Shown here: positions 34,181 to 46,900 of the stretch, one piece after another
Numbering within the stretch: position 1 is the stretch's first letter
Layout: each line of letters begins with the position of its first letter
Source of the DNA: Phoronis australis
Taxonomy: Eukaryota > Animalia > Phoronida
NCBI GenBank assembly: GCA_002633005.1
Contig: NMRA01000595.1
Coordinates: 106,733-170,732 of the forward strand
Reading direction: 5' to 3'
DNA: 64,000 bases
Notes under the pieces: generated by a model
The model's input: only the letters and a program-made list of their open reading frames with translations
Told to the model about the DNA's origin: nothing
Databases searched by the model: none
Made by a program: the position numbers and the translations under genes

Positions 34181-35432
34181 NNNNNNNNNNNNNNNNNNNN
34201 NNNNNNNNNNNNNNNNNNNNNNNNNNNNNNNNNNNNNNNNNNNNNNNNNNNNNNNNNNNNNNNNNNNNNNNNNNNNNNNNNNNNNNNNNNNNNNNNNNNN
34301 NNNNNNNNNNNNNNNNNNNNNNNNNNNNNNNNNNNNNNNNNNNNNNNNNNNNNNNNNNNNNNNNNNNNNNNNNNNNNNNNNNNNNNNNNNNNNNNNNNNN
34401 NNNNNNNNNNNNNNNNNNNNNNNNNNNNNNNNNNNNNNNNNNNNNNNNNNNNNNNNNNNNNNNNNNNNNNNNNNNNNNNNNNNNNNNNNNNNNNNNNNNN
34501 NNNNNNNNNNNNNNNNNNNNNNNNNNNNNNNNNNNNNNNNNNNNNNNNNNNNNNNNNNNNNNNNNNNNNNNNNNNNNNNNNNNNNNNNNNNNNNNNNNNN
34601 NNNNNNNNNNNNNNNNNNNNNNNNNNNNNNNNNNNNNNNNNNNNNNNNNNNNNNNNNNNNNNNNNNNNNNNNNNNNNNNNNNNNNNNNNNNNNNNNNNNN
34701 NNNNNNNNNNNNNNNNNNNNNNNNNNNNNNNNNNNNNNNNNNNNNNNNNNNNNNNNNNNNNNNNNNNNNNNNNNNNNNNNNNNNNNNNNNNNNNNNNNNN
34801 NNNNNNNNNNNNNNNNNNNNNNNNNNNNNNNNNNNNNNNNNNNNNNNNNNNNNNNNNNNNNNNNNNNNNNNNNNNNNNNNNNNNNNNNNNNNNNNNNNNN
34901 NNNNNNNNNNNNNNNNNNNNNNNNNNNNNNNNNNNNNNNNNNNNNNNNNNNNNNNNNNNNNNNNNNNNNNNNNNNNNNNNNNNNNNNNNNNNNNNNNNNN
35001 NNNNNNNNNNNNNNNNNNNNNNNNNNNNNNNNNNNNNNNNNNNNNNNNNNNNNNNNNNNNNNNNNNNNNNNNNNNNNNNNNNNNNNNNNNNNNNNNNNNN
35101 NNNNNNNNNNNNNNNNNNNNNNNTCGATTAGAATTCATGAAAAAGGGACGTGCAGTACTAAGCGATAAAAAGCAAAAGTAGAAATATAAAAGCTACGAAC
35201 ATAGGGTGTCTCAAATTAGACGGAACTCATTAACACTGGAACAAATGCCCACACACGAACCCGTGTTATTTAACCCGTGTTTTCAGTTATATACATTCTG
35301 TACATAGATTTTGGTAACCGGTCAGGCAGTTCTTTTGCAAGTACCAATTGTTATTTTATGTGCAGTAGGCCTGCTTCAAAATAATGCACCAAATAATATT
35401 GTTATATAAAGCAAACTCTTTACTCTGGTTAC

Positions 35433-36890
35433 CTCTTTTGAGAAAGCACAGTTTCCTAATTGCGAAGGCGGGGGACTTTGTTTCACAAGATCTCAAGGGC
35501 TGTCGATTGACATCGTAGGAACATGGGGAAGGGCCGGTCGGTTCAATTTTATAATTAAAAAACTCGGATCACCCGGATTGTAGGGCCTGAAGTACGCCCT
35601 CCAGCGAGCGGGTAGGGCCCTGGGCTTCCACGAATTACTCTTTACGGACGCGTGGGATGATTTCCTGAAATGGGATTTTCATATCCTTGCGTGCATCCTA
35701 CATGTATCTAAAGCCCGGCTTGTCGGGAGATATTGTATCGCATCCCGCCGCGGAGAACACAACATATCTATACGCCCACTTGCATGTAGATGACAAATGA
35801 AATCTAAAATCTCGTATATTTTGAAACCATGACACCCAACGTCTGATTATAACCTGGACTGTGACTGCATTCCGAACACGAAGTAACGAACTCGTTATAA
35901 TCGGACCGTCACACACCCTCGGCCATAGCTCGTGGGAGAACAAAAATATTTCGTTTTAAGACAAATGATCCGATAACTTTAATATATGTCAAAAAGAGGA
36001 TAATGTACCGATAAATTCCAAACTTTGAAGAGCCCGTTGCTGTTAGCAATCACACTGTTATCTTAGCGTAACTTTTTTGACGCGGCTCAAAAATAAGATG
36101 CGGCCGCCAAAGAAGTGAAACTGCCCCAAACCGGTCACGATGAATAACAAGATGTTATGAATGGTGTTTCCAGCTCAATTTCATATTGTAGACATGAGGT
36201 TCAGTAGTCGAATTAAATACAGAACGTTTTGTTTTTATGTTGTATGTACAACATAGTCTTTCGAAGAGGACTTGTATACATACCATGAGACGTAGTCAAC
36301 CACGTCGAAAGCGTAGGTCTAATTCAGCATAACGATCTAGGTTGTCACTTGTCAGTACTGATTCATTCTTGTGATCGTTGTGAGTAACCGCTGTAGGTGT
36401 TTGAGGACGCTACTTGTATGGAATAGTTGGATCAAGTAATGCAAACGTGAACTTACTTTTTATCAGGCATGATTCCCAAAATGCTGATGACGTCACAAAC
36501 TGAAAAGCCGTACGTCTCAGTGACGTAAGTTTCTTCAGTGCCGTATTACGTCGCCGTGCAAAATGCAACCCCACGGTTTTCGTAAGCACAAAGGCTCCTT
36601 AGTCAAAGTCGTGTAGATCGAAACCGTGTCCCAAATCATAGCTACCGGATATAGGGAGATCGATACAATGAGAACTGTTGAGACCGAGGAGTGCAGCGGG
36701 AATTGTTGTCACCGAAAGGAGCGGCTCTAGTGTGACGACTGAGGGGTACAAAGTATTTTGACGGGTGGTTGTGTGGCCACAGTGTGGGGAGGGGCAGGAT
36801 TTGTGAGGGCAGCGACAGGGCAGGGCCCGGACTTTTGACAGCTGAGGGGCCCCTAGAAACCGGTACAACAGCGTTTCCACAAACGTCCAT
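35433..36890 (-). pseudogene. Partial second copy of the STPG3-like gene (first two coding exons) with a +2 frameshift
   Basis: About 35130-37082 duplicates about 31770-33730. The exon copy 35664-35433 is 232 nt versus 230 nt in copy 1 (ttttataattaaaaaactcgg versus ttttatactttaaactcgg). It lacks the TATA/first exon. May be an uncollapsed haplotype. Confidence 0.6.
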
Positions 36891-37082
36891 CTAGCACTTG
36901 TCTGCTCGCTGGGACTAGCTGCCGGGGAAGCCAATGAACGAATGAAAGCCTAGAGCGGATTTAATACCCATCGTGTCACTCGATCGCTGGATAATTACAT
37001 ACCAGCGACCAATCAATGGTTTTTAGAAAAATAAAGAAGCCATAGGGGCCCATCTGTCGTTGAATTTATTTTGCTCATGTTT

Positions 37083-37390
37083 TGAATATATAAGCTTCTC
37101 CAAAACAAAATATTCATAAATTTCTTTTTAAGTATAAACGAGGGCAATTTTTCTTAAACGCATGTTGTGCATGTGTAATTTTGCCTGAAAAATCGAAACA
37201 TTTTTTCATCTTTTCCAAAAATATATTCTTAAAAGTTAAATTTAACGGTATTCCTGTTTTATCTAAAATCCAACTTCGAAAGGAATTCCAAAAGGACTGC
37301 ACTTGCAATCAAAACAGATGGATTAAAACCTATGGGTCCCTTTTCAAAAAGGACACAAATTTGAAGACAAGATGACAATATTACAAAGGA
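37083..37390 (-). mobile_element. L1/Tx1-type LINE C-terminal (zinc-knuckle region) relic
   Basis: Frameshifted NLCPF..LIHLF..VQSFWNSFRSWI..IPLNLTFKNIF. It begins exactly where duplicate copy 2 stops matching copy 1. Confidence 0.55.
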
Positions 37391-39719
37391 AGTCAGTGTT
37401 ACTAATTATTCTAGGAATAAGTCTAATCTGGAACCAGTTTAATTTAACATCATTTGTAAAATTAACAACCACTACAAAAGCATAACGATGGCGTCTGTCG
37501 AGCCCCCCAAAGCCGCCAGGTCAGCCATATTTACTTCTTTGTAAGAGTGAGGGCAATGTGGGCATACGGAGGTTGTTTCATGAAAGTGACTAACGACTCA
37601 AGGCAGAAAGTTGACCTTACGCTACCACTTGACAATATTTCAGAATAGTTATGCGCGCATCTCAGTCTAGAAATTACTGATAGAAAGTATCTCGGTAACT
37701 AGCACGGTGTATATTCTCAGACTTCCCACTTTTGGGCAAGTGAGATTTTCAGTTAATTCTCAGAAATAGTTGTTCCCAAAGAAGACCAAATTTCTGACTT
37801 AATTAAGTCAATTTTCACAAATCATGCCCCAGGGTGATGATACACTTCGCACAAAATCAAATGTCCTAGAGAATTTGGGAAAACTAGTATGTTAAACAAA
37901 CAACACGTTTTTATACCATGTCAAAGCCGACTGCATTATACTTAACTTTCTAGAACCCAGTCCAGTATATATTTGGATATTAAATGAAAACTACATTGCT
38001 GTGAATGGCACTGCGAAATCATATTAACAAGATACTTCGACAATTTATTTATTTCTAAAAACAATGTACAAAATATAAAACTTAGTAAGAAAAGAACACC
38101 ATGTGCAGTGACCAGTGCCCAGTTGAATGGAACAGTCCCAAATATGGAATCAGCAACATCAATGAACTTTTATGGCATTTGTGGAGACACCAATTGTCCT
38201 TTGTATGCTGTTTTCTTCTCAGTCTACTTTTGGCTTTGATAAATACTAAGAGTGAACTCTATGTTGAATTCTCAATGTTATTGAAAATGAGTAGAGATCT
38301 TTTCATGCAAACAGACCCTAATTTAAGGACCAAGTCCCTTCATATTTTCACTGTCTGACAGAAGGGCTCAGCTTTTAGGTTAATTATTAGAAAATGTCAT
38401 TGAGTCAAAGAGGAACCCACAATAAAGACAAAATGATAGAAACACATAACATTTGTAAGTAAACATAGACACAAACACACAGATTAAGTGATCTTAGCCG
38501 AGTCCCTATTTGGCACTGTTTCATACAACAGGGTGATGGAGTACAATCTGTGAAATGAAGCACTGACATACATATGATATGTTAAAACATAAATATGCAA
38601 ACAAAATAAATTACTAAGCAAATTAATTTTTATCCAGATTTCCCTAAAACTAAGAAAATTAATAAAATTTATTCATGTACTATTCAGCAGGAAATGTTTG
38701 ATGATTTGATGTAGCTGATAACCAAGGACATTTTATAGTGGAAAGGTTTTAAGAAAATAACACAAGTCCCTGCGAACAAGGAAACACTATGATGACTCAT
38801 TCAATTTCTTAGAAACAATCTTGCATCCGACAGTAAAACTACTAACTTTTTGGAGCTGTTTATAAATATAAAGGTTAGAAAATGAAAAATTGTAGCTGAA
38901 AAATTCCTTCAATCATAGTGTACTAACGCAATTAAGTTCAGAGCAATAAACATTTCTCTGAAATCGACTTAAAAATATTTTTAATAACGAATCAACATTG
39001 CTCAAAACTTTCAGATCAGAACCAAAACAGTTTTAAACTAATACAACCCTAAAACATAAATACAATCTCATGTGGCGTACCCCAGTCACAGGTCTCTGTT
39101 GATGTTTCAAACGATAAAGTATTTCAATGCAGAACAACTGACAGAAAAGTATGGTTAAAAAATAATCGCTTCCAACTTAATGCTAGACCATTACGAACAT
39201 TGAGAAATTTGCAATTACTGAGTAACTAGCTGCAAATGCCAAACAACATGGCCGCCTTGGGATCCAAAAAACATTACAATAATAACATAACACTTAGCAA
39301 TTCTTAGCACCACTTAAAGATCACTCAACTGACAACATTACAATAACTCTCCAATTTGGGAAACAGAAAATTTACTATTTGCTCAAGGTTGTAGTGTAGC
39401 TTGTGCAAATTTTAGAAATAGACAATACTGGCCGTTTCAGTTTCAAGAATGATAGTCTGCAACATACGACCATTCACCTTGATGTCAAAAATTAAGGGAC
39501 GCATGAAAACCTTGTGTCGCCAGCTATCTTTTACAATTTTAAAAACTGTTATGACTATATTTAGACTCTATTCAAAACGCTACGATTAATATCAGAGAAA
39601 TATGACGAGCGCCAAAATCGCCCACGTTCCAATCAATAGAATCCAGAAAATTCATAATTGGCCTGAATTTTGTTATCGTAAATTTTAGAGACTGTTCCAA
39701 ACTGGAGAATTATATCGAA

Positions 39720-40904
39720 AAACAAGAACAATTCTCAAGAAACAACATGAACACCAATTGTAAGATAATCACTTAGTACTAAAAACTTCGAGAAACAAGA
39801 TGCATCCAGGGGTGAACTTGCAACAGGTTGATAATCTTTCCAACAAATTTGTCAGTCAACTCCTGGTGGAGTCACTGAGGTCACGACCTGCTCAGGATAC
39901 CTGTTAATAGATTCCTGTAGTCTTCTCATCTCAGCTAGGTGGAGCCGCTCTTGCTCAATTATGATATGCTCCCTGAGTTCCTGTGGGATACAACAGCATT
40001 AAATCGTGTACAAAAACAAAGTTTTCATCCGGCTAAAGAAATTTGTCTATCACAGCTCATCTCAATAAGATTATCACACTTACTTAAAAGTTCCACAGCA
40101 GTCACAAAACAGTTTCAACAACATTTGAAAATTATTATTAAAATCTCTTGGTCTATTTACACCGACCTCTAGTCTATATACACTGTCACGACGTTTCGGT
40201 TGGTCTCTTCTTCGGCCATCGTCAGGTGTTCCCGCATTCTTAGAAGAACGAGCACGGATACATGGTACACTCATGGTGTGATTTTTGTGCTTCGACCGAA
40301 ACATCGTGACANAAACAAGAACAATTCTCAAGAAACAACATGAACACCAATTGTAAGATAATCACTTAGTACTAAAAACTTCAAGAAACAAGATGCATCC
40401 AGGGGTGAACTTGCAACAGGTTGATAATCTTTTCAACGAATTTGTCAGTCAACTCCTGGTGGAGTCACTGAGGTCACGACCTGCTCAGGATACCTGTTAA
40501 TAGATTCCTGTAGTCTTTTCATCTCAGCTAGGTGGAGCCGCTCTTGCTCAATTATGATATGCTCCCTAAGTTCCTGTGGGATACAACAGCATTAAATCGT
40601 GTACAAAAACAAAGTTTTCATCCGGCTAAAGAAATTTGTCTATCACAGCTCATCTCAATAAGATTATCACAATTACTTAAAAGTTCCACAGCAGTCACAA
40701 AACAGTTTCAACAACATTTGAAAATTATTATTAAAATCTCTTGGTCTATTTACACCGACCTCTAGTCTATATACACTGTCACGACGTTTCGGTTGGTCTC
40801 TTCTTCGGCCATCGTCAGGTGTTCCCGCATTCTTAGAAGAACGAGCACGGATACATGGTACACTCATGGTGTGATTTTTGTGCTTCGACCGAAACATCGT
40901 GACA
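39720..40904. repeat. About 592-bp direct duplication (39720-40311 / 40313-40904) split by a single N; duplicates the last exon of the Tudor-SLFN gene
   Basis: Constant offset of 593 with a few SNPs. The second terminal-exon copy is at 39980-39852. Probably a contig-overlap artefact. Confidence 0.85.
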
Positions 40905-43900
40905 TTGTATATAGACTAGAGGTCTGTGTAAATAGATCAAGAGAGTTTAATAATAGTTGTAATACGCCACCACCTCAGAGCGGTTTTAGGAAGTCAACAC
41001 TTGAAAAGTACAGTTATCAAGCATTCACCTTACTTTGGTCATTACCTGACCCAAGACCACACAATAAATTGCAAAAGATTGACAAATTTCACCAAAACTT
41101 ATCTAGCTTAATCAAGCTTATATCAAATATTGTGAAACAAATAACGATTTAAATAATATGAGAATTAGCCTAAAATACTTTGAAAAAATTGCTGATCTTT
41201 GCACAAGATGCTTGCCATTTTTTAGGAAAAAATATTTTAAGGAAAGCTACACTGTAACAGTTACTGTATTTCTACCATCCTATTCGTTTTTAACTGTTGA
41301 TTAAAATTATAACTGAGAAGTGTCCATTAATATCAAACTGTATTTCCTTCGGCAGGGTATATACATTATGTACTAGACAACTGAAGCTTTATATCAACCT
41401 GAGTAGAGACTTGTCTTGTATTGGCCCCAAAGCGGCAGTAACAAGCGCCATCTGCAGCCGTGTACACTTTGTTGTAGTTCTCGCTAATCTTGACCTCTAT
41501 GACGTAACGGTCTGGCACGTACTCCCGGGTCGTGGGGTCAGCGTGACCTCGCTTATATACGACGGGCGAGTAGGTGATATCATACATAGTGTGCATGACA
41601 GGGGGGATAAATCTGGTGATGGGAAAGATGTTTTAGTCAAACAACAATATTCCATTCAGTATCATCAGAAGTTGATGCTGTGAGATAGTCATTCTTCATT
41701 ACAGCAGATGTAGTTTCAACTAGTCATAAAAAATAAAAAAATTGCTTAGTTAGTCAAATAAAGTTTAGTTGGCAGTCATGTCAGGAGCAAACACATATCA
41801 AAATCCCACTAAACTGTCGCTGATCAAAACTGTGAAAGAAGAAAGTTAATAATGTTGATTTTTGGTTGGAATTATTCTGTTTTAACCTGACTTATGTTAA
41901 TGAGGTGGGTAATTAGGTCATTCAAGGTGACAAGTAAACACCACTCTCATTGGTTAATGTCTGGCAAACTCAGATGTTCAGTAACTTGTCCACCTCAGAC
42001 AAAACTCACTCTCTACAGCAGGATACAGTCCGGACCTACAGACAAGACCACCAAACTGGCTCTTCATTGGATGGTACAGTCACAACCAGCAGACCACACC
42101 CCAAACCCACCTGTACAGAGCCCATGCCCAGACAAACCTCACTCTTTACAGCAGGCTACAATCCCGATCCACAGACCAGACCATGAAACTCACTCTTCAC
42201 TGCAGGGTACAGCCAGGGCTTCATCCAGGATTTCAAACATAGGGTGTTCAAAATGGGTTCCCAATATTCCAGGGCGTCCATGATTCCAACGACGCATTAC
42301 CCCCCCCCTCCCCACCACCATTCACCAGTAACCCCCCTAAACACACAGTGAGTTTTAATTTAAATTAAAAAATGCGTTGAACAAGGCTTTTACACCTAAG
42401 TTTACAAAAACAGCTCCCTTGTATTGGGCTTTTTTAAGTACTAAAAAAATTGTTGATAAAGACTTTTATGTTTAAATTTACGAAAACAGCCAAAAAGCTT
42501 ACCAAACAGGTATTACAGATATTACAGATATTGGTTGAACAATGAGTGCACTGTTTTTGGTCATCTCAAGTCAAATTCTGTTATAAAGTTTATTATATCA
42601 ACTTCACTAGCTTTATATGCTGTACAATGAGTCATCAAAGCTGCAGTTACCAACAAAAGAAAAATGCACAGATGATGTGTGGTTTATATTTTGGCAACAG
42701 GTGTCACTGCTGCTCCATTTTAGACGCACATACAAAAGCATGAAACGGGCGAAAACTTAAACATTTTAAATGGGGATATTCTTGCGGCACATCATATTAT
42801 TAAAATAATGACATTTATTTCGCTTTTGGTGTGTTCAAAAAAAGATGAAGTAGATGAAACTACAGCTCTGAAACACCAGTTTGGAGTTGAGCAAGGTCCG
42901 TGTCCCTATATAAAGTACAGAATTGCAGTGGCACATAAGTCTACTGAAAGCAGACACTCTGGCAACCAAACACCTGCTAATGATTGACAGATCTACCAAA
43001 TACTTTGAAAATAGTTTGAACATTGCAACATTTGAAATACATTGTATATTTCTTTCTGAGTTGAAAGGGCCAACTTCTCTCTTTGATTAACTGAGAGTCT
43101 TAGTAATCTTACAATTCGGGTGTCCAAACTGAAGAAATTCTGATTGACAGGGCGTCCAAATGATACATTGGGCGTCCTTGCCAGAGTGTCCACATTAGTG
43201 CTAGGACGTACGCTGCATGAAGGCCTGGGTACTGCCCCAACCAGCAGACCACACCCCCAAACAAACCTGTACAGTGTCCATGCCCAGATGAAACTCACTC
43301 TCTACAGCAGGGTACTTTACAGACTTGCAGACCACTCCACCAAACCCACCTGACAAACTCACTCTCTACAGCAGTGTACACTACCGACATGCAGACCACA
43401 CCTCCAAACTCACCTGTACAGTGTCCATGTCCAGACAAAGCTCACTGTCTACAGCAGGATACAGTACCGACAAGCAGACCATACCACCAAACTCACCTGT
43501 TCAACAACCTGTCCACCCCTAGACGGAACTCATCTCTAGTGTTCCTGTCCACCAAGATGCCCTGCACCACATTCTGCTCGTCCATGCCAAAGTAGATGCT
43601 TCCACCTTTCCCTAATAAATGACACAAGGAGGTCATGTTTCATGACTATGTATGACAAGGCAAGGGAAAACAAAAATTGTTTAAAAGCATGATTGTATAA
43701 TTAGGCCAAAAAAGCACATTTTTACTAATTGCTTATACAGATTTCCAAACACATTAATTTGGTGTTTCATTACCTTTTATAAAAAAATGAGAAAGTAAAA
43801 TTTTTCTTGTCCCAAAAATTCTGCAGAAAATTGGTGTAGAAAATTTTTCATAGTATAAGGTAAAAATAAGATAATCTGTGCAAGTAATTAATTTTAATTC

Positions 43901-46900
43901 ACAGCAAAGAGATCTGGATATACCAAAGAACTGCGCACAGTAAATTTTGCATTTTGCAAAAAACCTAGATCAAGTAAATCACGCAATTGAAAGGAGATTG
44001 TTTTGTGAGTATGCTCAGGACTTTCCTAGCGTATCCTAGCAAATGGCTGAAACTGAAGTGATTGGTTGGTGTGGTTGGGATGAGGAATTGTGGGATAAAA
44101 TTGACTGTTTCTGTTCCACAAGCGAGTCTTTCTAGCTGTAAGGCTTAGCAACTGTCTTGTATCAACAAAACACAGAACTTAGTAATTAATATGTTTCCTC
44201 AGGTATACTCCAAAAACACAAATAATGGAAGGGCCACAGGTGCCAACAAAGGCACAGCAAATTAATATTTAAGCTGTGGTCGAACTCCTTACCACTGTTG
44301 AGGAAGCTGACTACAATTCTTGATAATGTACGGCTGGAGATATGAGTAGCGTCTTTTGTTGGTCGAAGCTCGTGAGAGGAGTCATTCTTCACTTTGACTG
44401 GAAGCCCTGGAACCAAAAGAGACGGTAAAAGTAGTAAATTAATAAAAGCATTGAAGTGACAAATCTGACTGAAGCTTGACACATGATGGACTTGGGGATC
44501 TGTTTAATGAAAAGTGACTTATGATTTAGGGCACAGCCCTTCCTGCATAATTAGATCTCATTTATTTAGAAAAAGTACCGTCACTGAGAGTATACTAAAA
44601 CTGCTATAATTTTATAAATTATTTTTAAGCTGTAATGCGCTAATAATTACATGTCCAAACTTTTATTCAGAATCTGCCACGTGTGAAATGTAAGACCAAA
44701 ATTCTGCCACAAAAATTTAAGCCATTTTTCACAAAACAGACACCTCAGAGAAGCAAAATTTAAAATTAGTCGATCGATCAATGAAGGTTTGCTATAAATG
44801 GGAACACAATGGCCCTGTTCACGGACGCATTGCGGAAATTAAGTTACACCGAACGGAACAATAGGCCTCTTCAATTGTAGGGAAATATGTAAAAAGTCTA
44901 CAAGAACACATCAAAATTCATGACAATCTTTTGACAAACAATTACCAGGTGGCGCTGCACTTACAAGGTAACAATGAACTTAAGTAACTAGCCTAACACG
45001 CTAATTCAAGATTTTTTTACAGGCCTGACTTTTCTTACTGAACAGCTGTCTTTTTCAAGCTATTGCTAACCATTGGTTTAAAAGGGAACATGGAAATTCA
45101 AGCTGGAGAAAACTATTGAATAAAGGGAACTTAATAGCTCAGAAACCATTGTACACACAGCTGAGCAATACAAACATGCAAATATGGTAAAAATTCTGCA
45201 AGATCACATTAAAATACACTGCAATCTTTCAACAAAGAATTAGAAGGTGGCGCTGCATTTACGAGGTGACATGCCACAAATATTGACCAAGCTTGGTCAA
45301 GAACAGGATGTTGTACATCGACAGCATGTCTGTGATAGTTGACGTCATGGTAACAAACAGCTAGGTTAAGAACAATTAGGGTAAACCAACACCGAGATCC
45401 AATCTTGGTTAGTACCTTGTATAAAGAAGACAGTCTCTGTTTTCTCTTTATAATGTCTGGCTGCATCCACCAACACAGTGTTGTTTACACTCTTTCCTGC
45501 AGTTGTAAAATGACATGAAATAGTTTTAAAACACATCAAAGACAAATTGACAATACCTTCTAAATAACACTACACACCAAATATTTGGCTAAAAATGTAC
45601 ACTAAGTCTTGTAAATGAGGTCCTATGTAACATTATGTGACAATCTGGTATAAAACTGAACTCGTTAAGTCCTCCTCCAATGATAAAAGCCAACGATAAA
45701 ATATGCTTTGGTGAGGGTCATTAGCGTACAAAGTTCTGCATTTTTGTAACTACTAAAGCATTAGGAAAATTTCCAGCATTTTTCGTCTGAATTCTGTGCA
45801 AACACCGGCCCATCAACCTCTAGAATATTGTTTGGTGGCATACTCGAGCAATTGAAACAAAACTCTAAATTTGAAAATGAAAGACATTTCGTTTGTGTAA
45901 ATCTACATCAACTCAGCCCATATTGGGAGGGTATAAACCAGACTATGCCAACAGCTGGCCTTTGGAGATTGTGGCGATTGTTTTCTTCAGCATCGCGACT
46001 ACGCCACGAGTATTAATTTGTGAATCGATTAGGACGGATTAGTCACAGTCTGACTTAGGCGTTGAGCTAACACAACTCCAAATGTTAGTGTAGGAGTTGT
46101 CTCACGACTGACTGAAAGGATATGACTGATTGTGAGGTCTTGCTTTTCTCGCAAGAAGCTAGGTCTTAAGTACACTGTCCAGTAAGAGCCCCAACAGCCA
46201 TACCTTTTCTCTTGATGATGGTTTCACCTTCTGAGTCTCCTGATAAATATTGTCCCCGAGACAAAATGGTGTCCTCGTCCGAACTACTGTCACTCTGTAA
46301 AACATGGCAATGTAGTGGGCCAAAGACAGTGATGTCACATGACCTGCCCTCAAGCCTGTTGTGAACTAATCATAGGGAGGAAGTGATAGCTCTGACAAAT
46401 TTACATTGTCTGCCACAGCATTTGAATATGACACTTGCAAGGGCACTTATCTAGTGCAAGTACTGTGTATTCGACGCCCACATTAAGACATCTTTCATTC
46501 CAACTAATAAAGAACTTATCAAAGGCTTTTCCAGAATCAATGAAGTGCTTTGAGTGGACGAGATAATGTTTGTGAGACACAGGAGCTTGCTGCCTAGGAT
46601 CGATTTCATCAAAGTCACTTAGGACTCCAAACAGAAATTTGGTCTCACGCTCCCACAGCCAGGCTCAACAAGTTGACTTGGACAAGGTCTCAAGATATAA
46701 CAAAGTGCTTGTTGGCTTGGACAAGGTCTCAAGATATAACAAAGTGCTTGTTAGCTTGGACAAGGTCTCAAGATATAACAAAGTGCTTGTTGGCTTGGAC
46801 AAGGTCTCAAGATATAACAAAGTGCTTGTTGGCTTGGACAAGGTCTCAAGATATAACAAAGTGCTTGTTGGCTTGGACAAGGTCTCAAGATATAACAAAG

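Larger units (their letters stand above)
41399..44406 (-). other. Schlafen AlbA_2 domain coding segment (3 exons)
   Basis: SFLNSGKGGSIYFGMDEQNVVQGI matches the AlbA_2 consensus AFxNxxGGxLxxGVxDxGxVxG. Downstream FIPPV, YVIEV and YxR motifs resemble SLFNL1-type single domains. Confidence 0.85.

Noticed and set aside
34143-35181. Long ORFs spanning N runs (also 17885-18175 and 57124-57447)
   Set aside because: Artefacts of translating gaps.
39720-40904. Alternative duplicated terminal exon of the Tudor-SLFN gene
   Set aside because: The copies abut at a single N and are nearly identical, the signature of a contig-overlap artefact.
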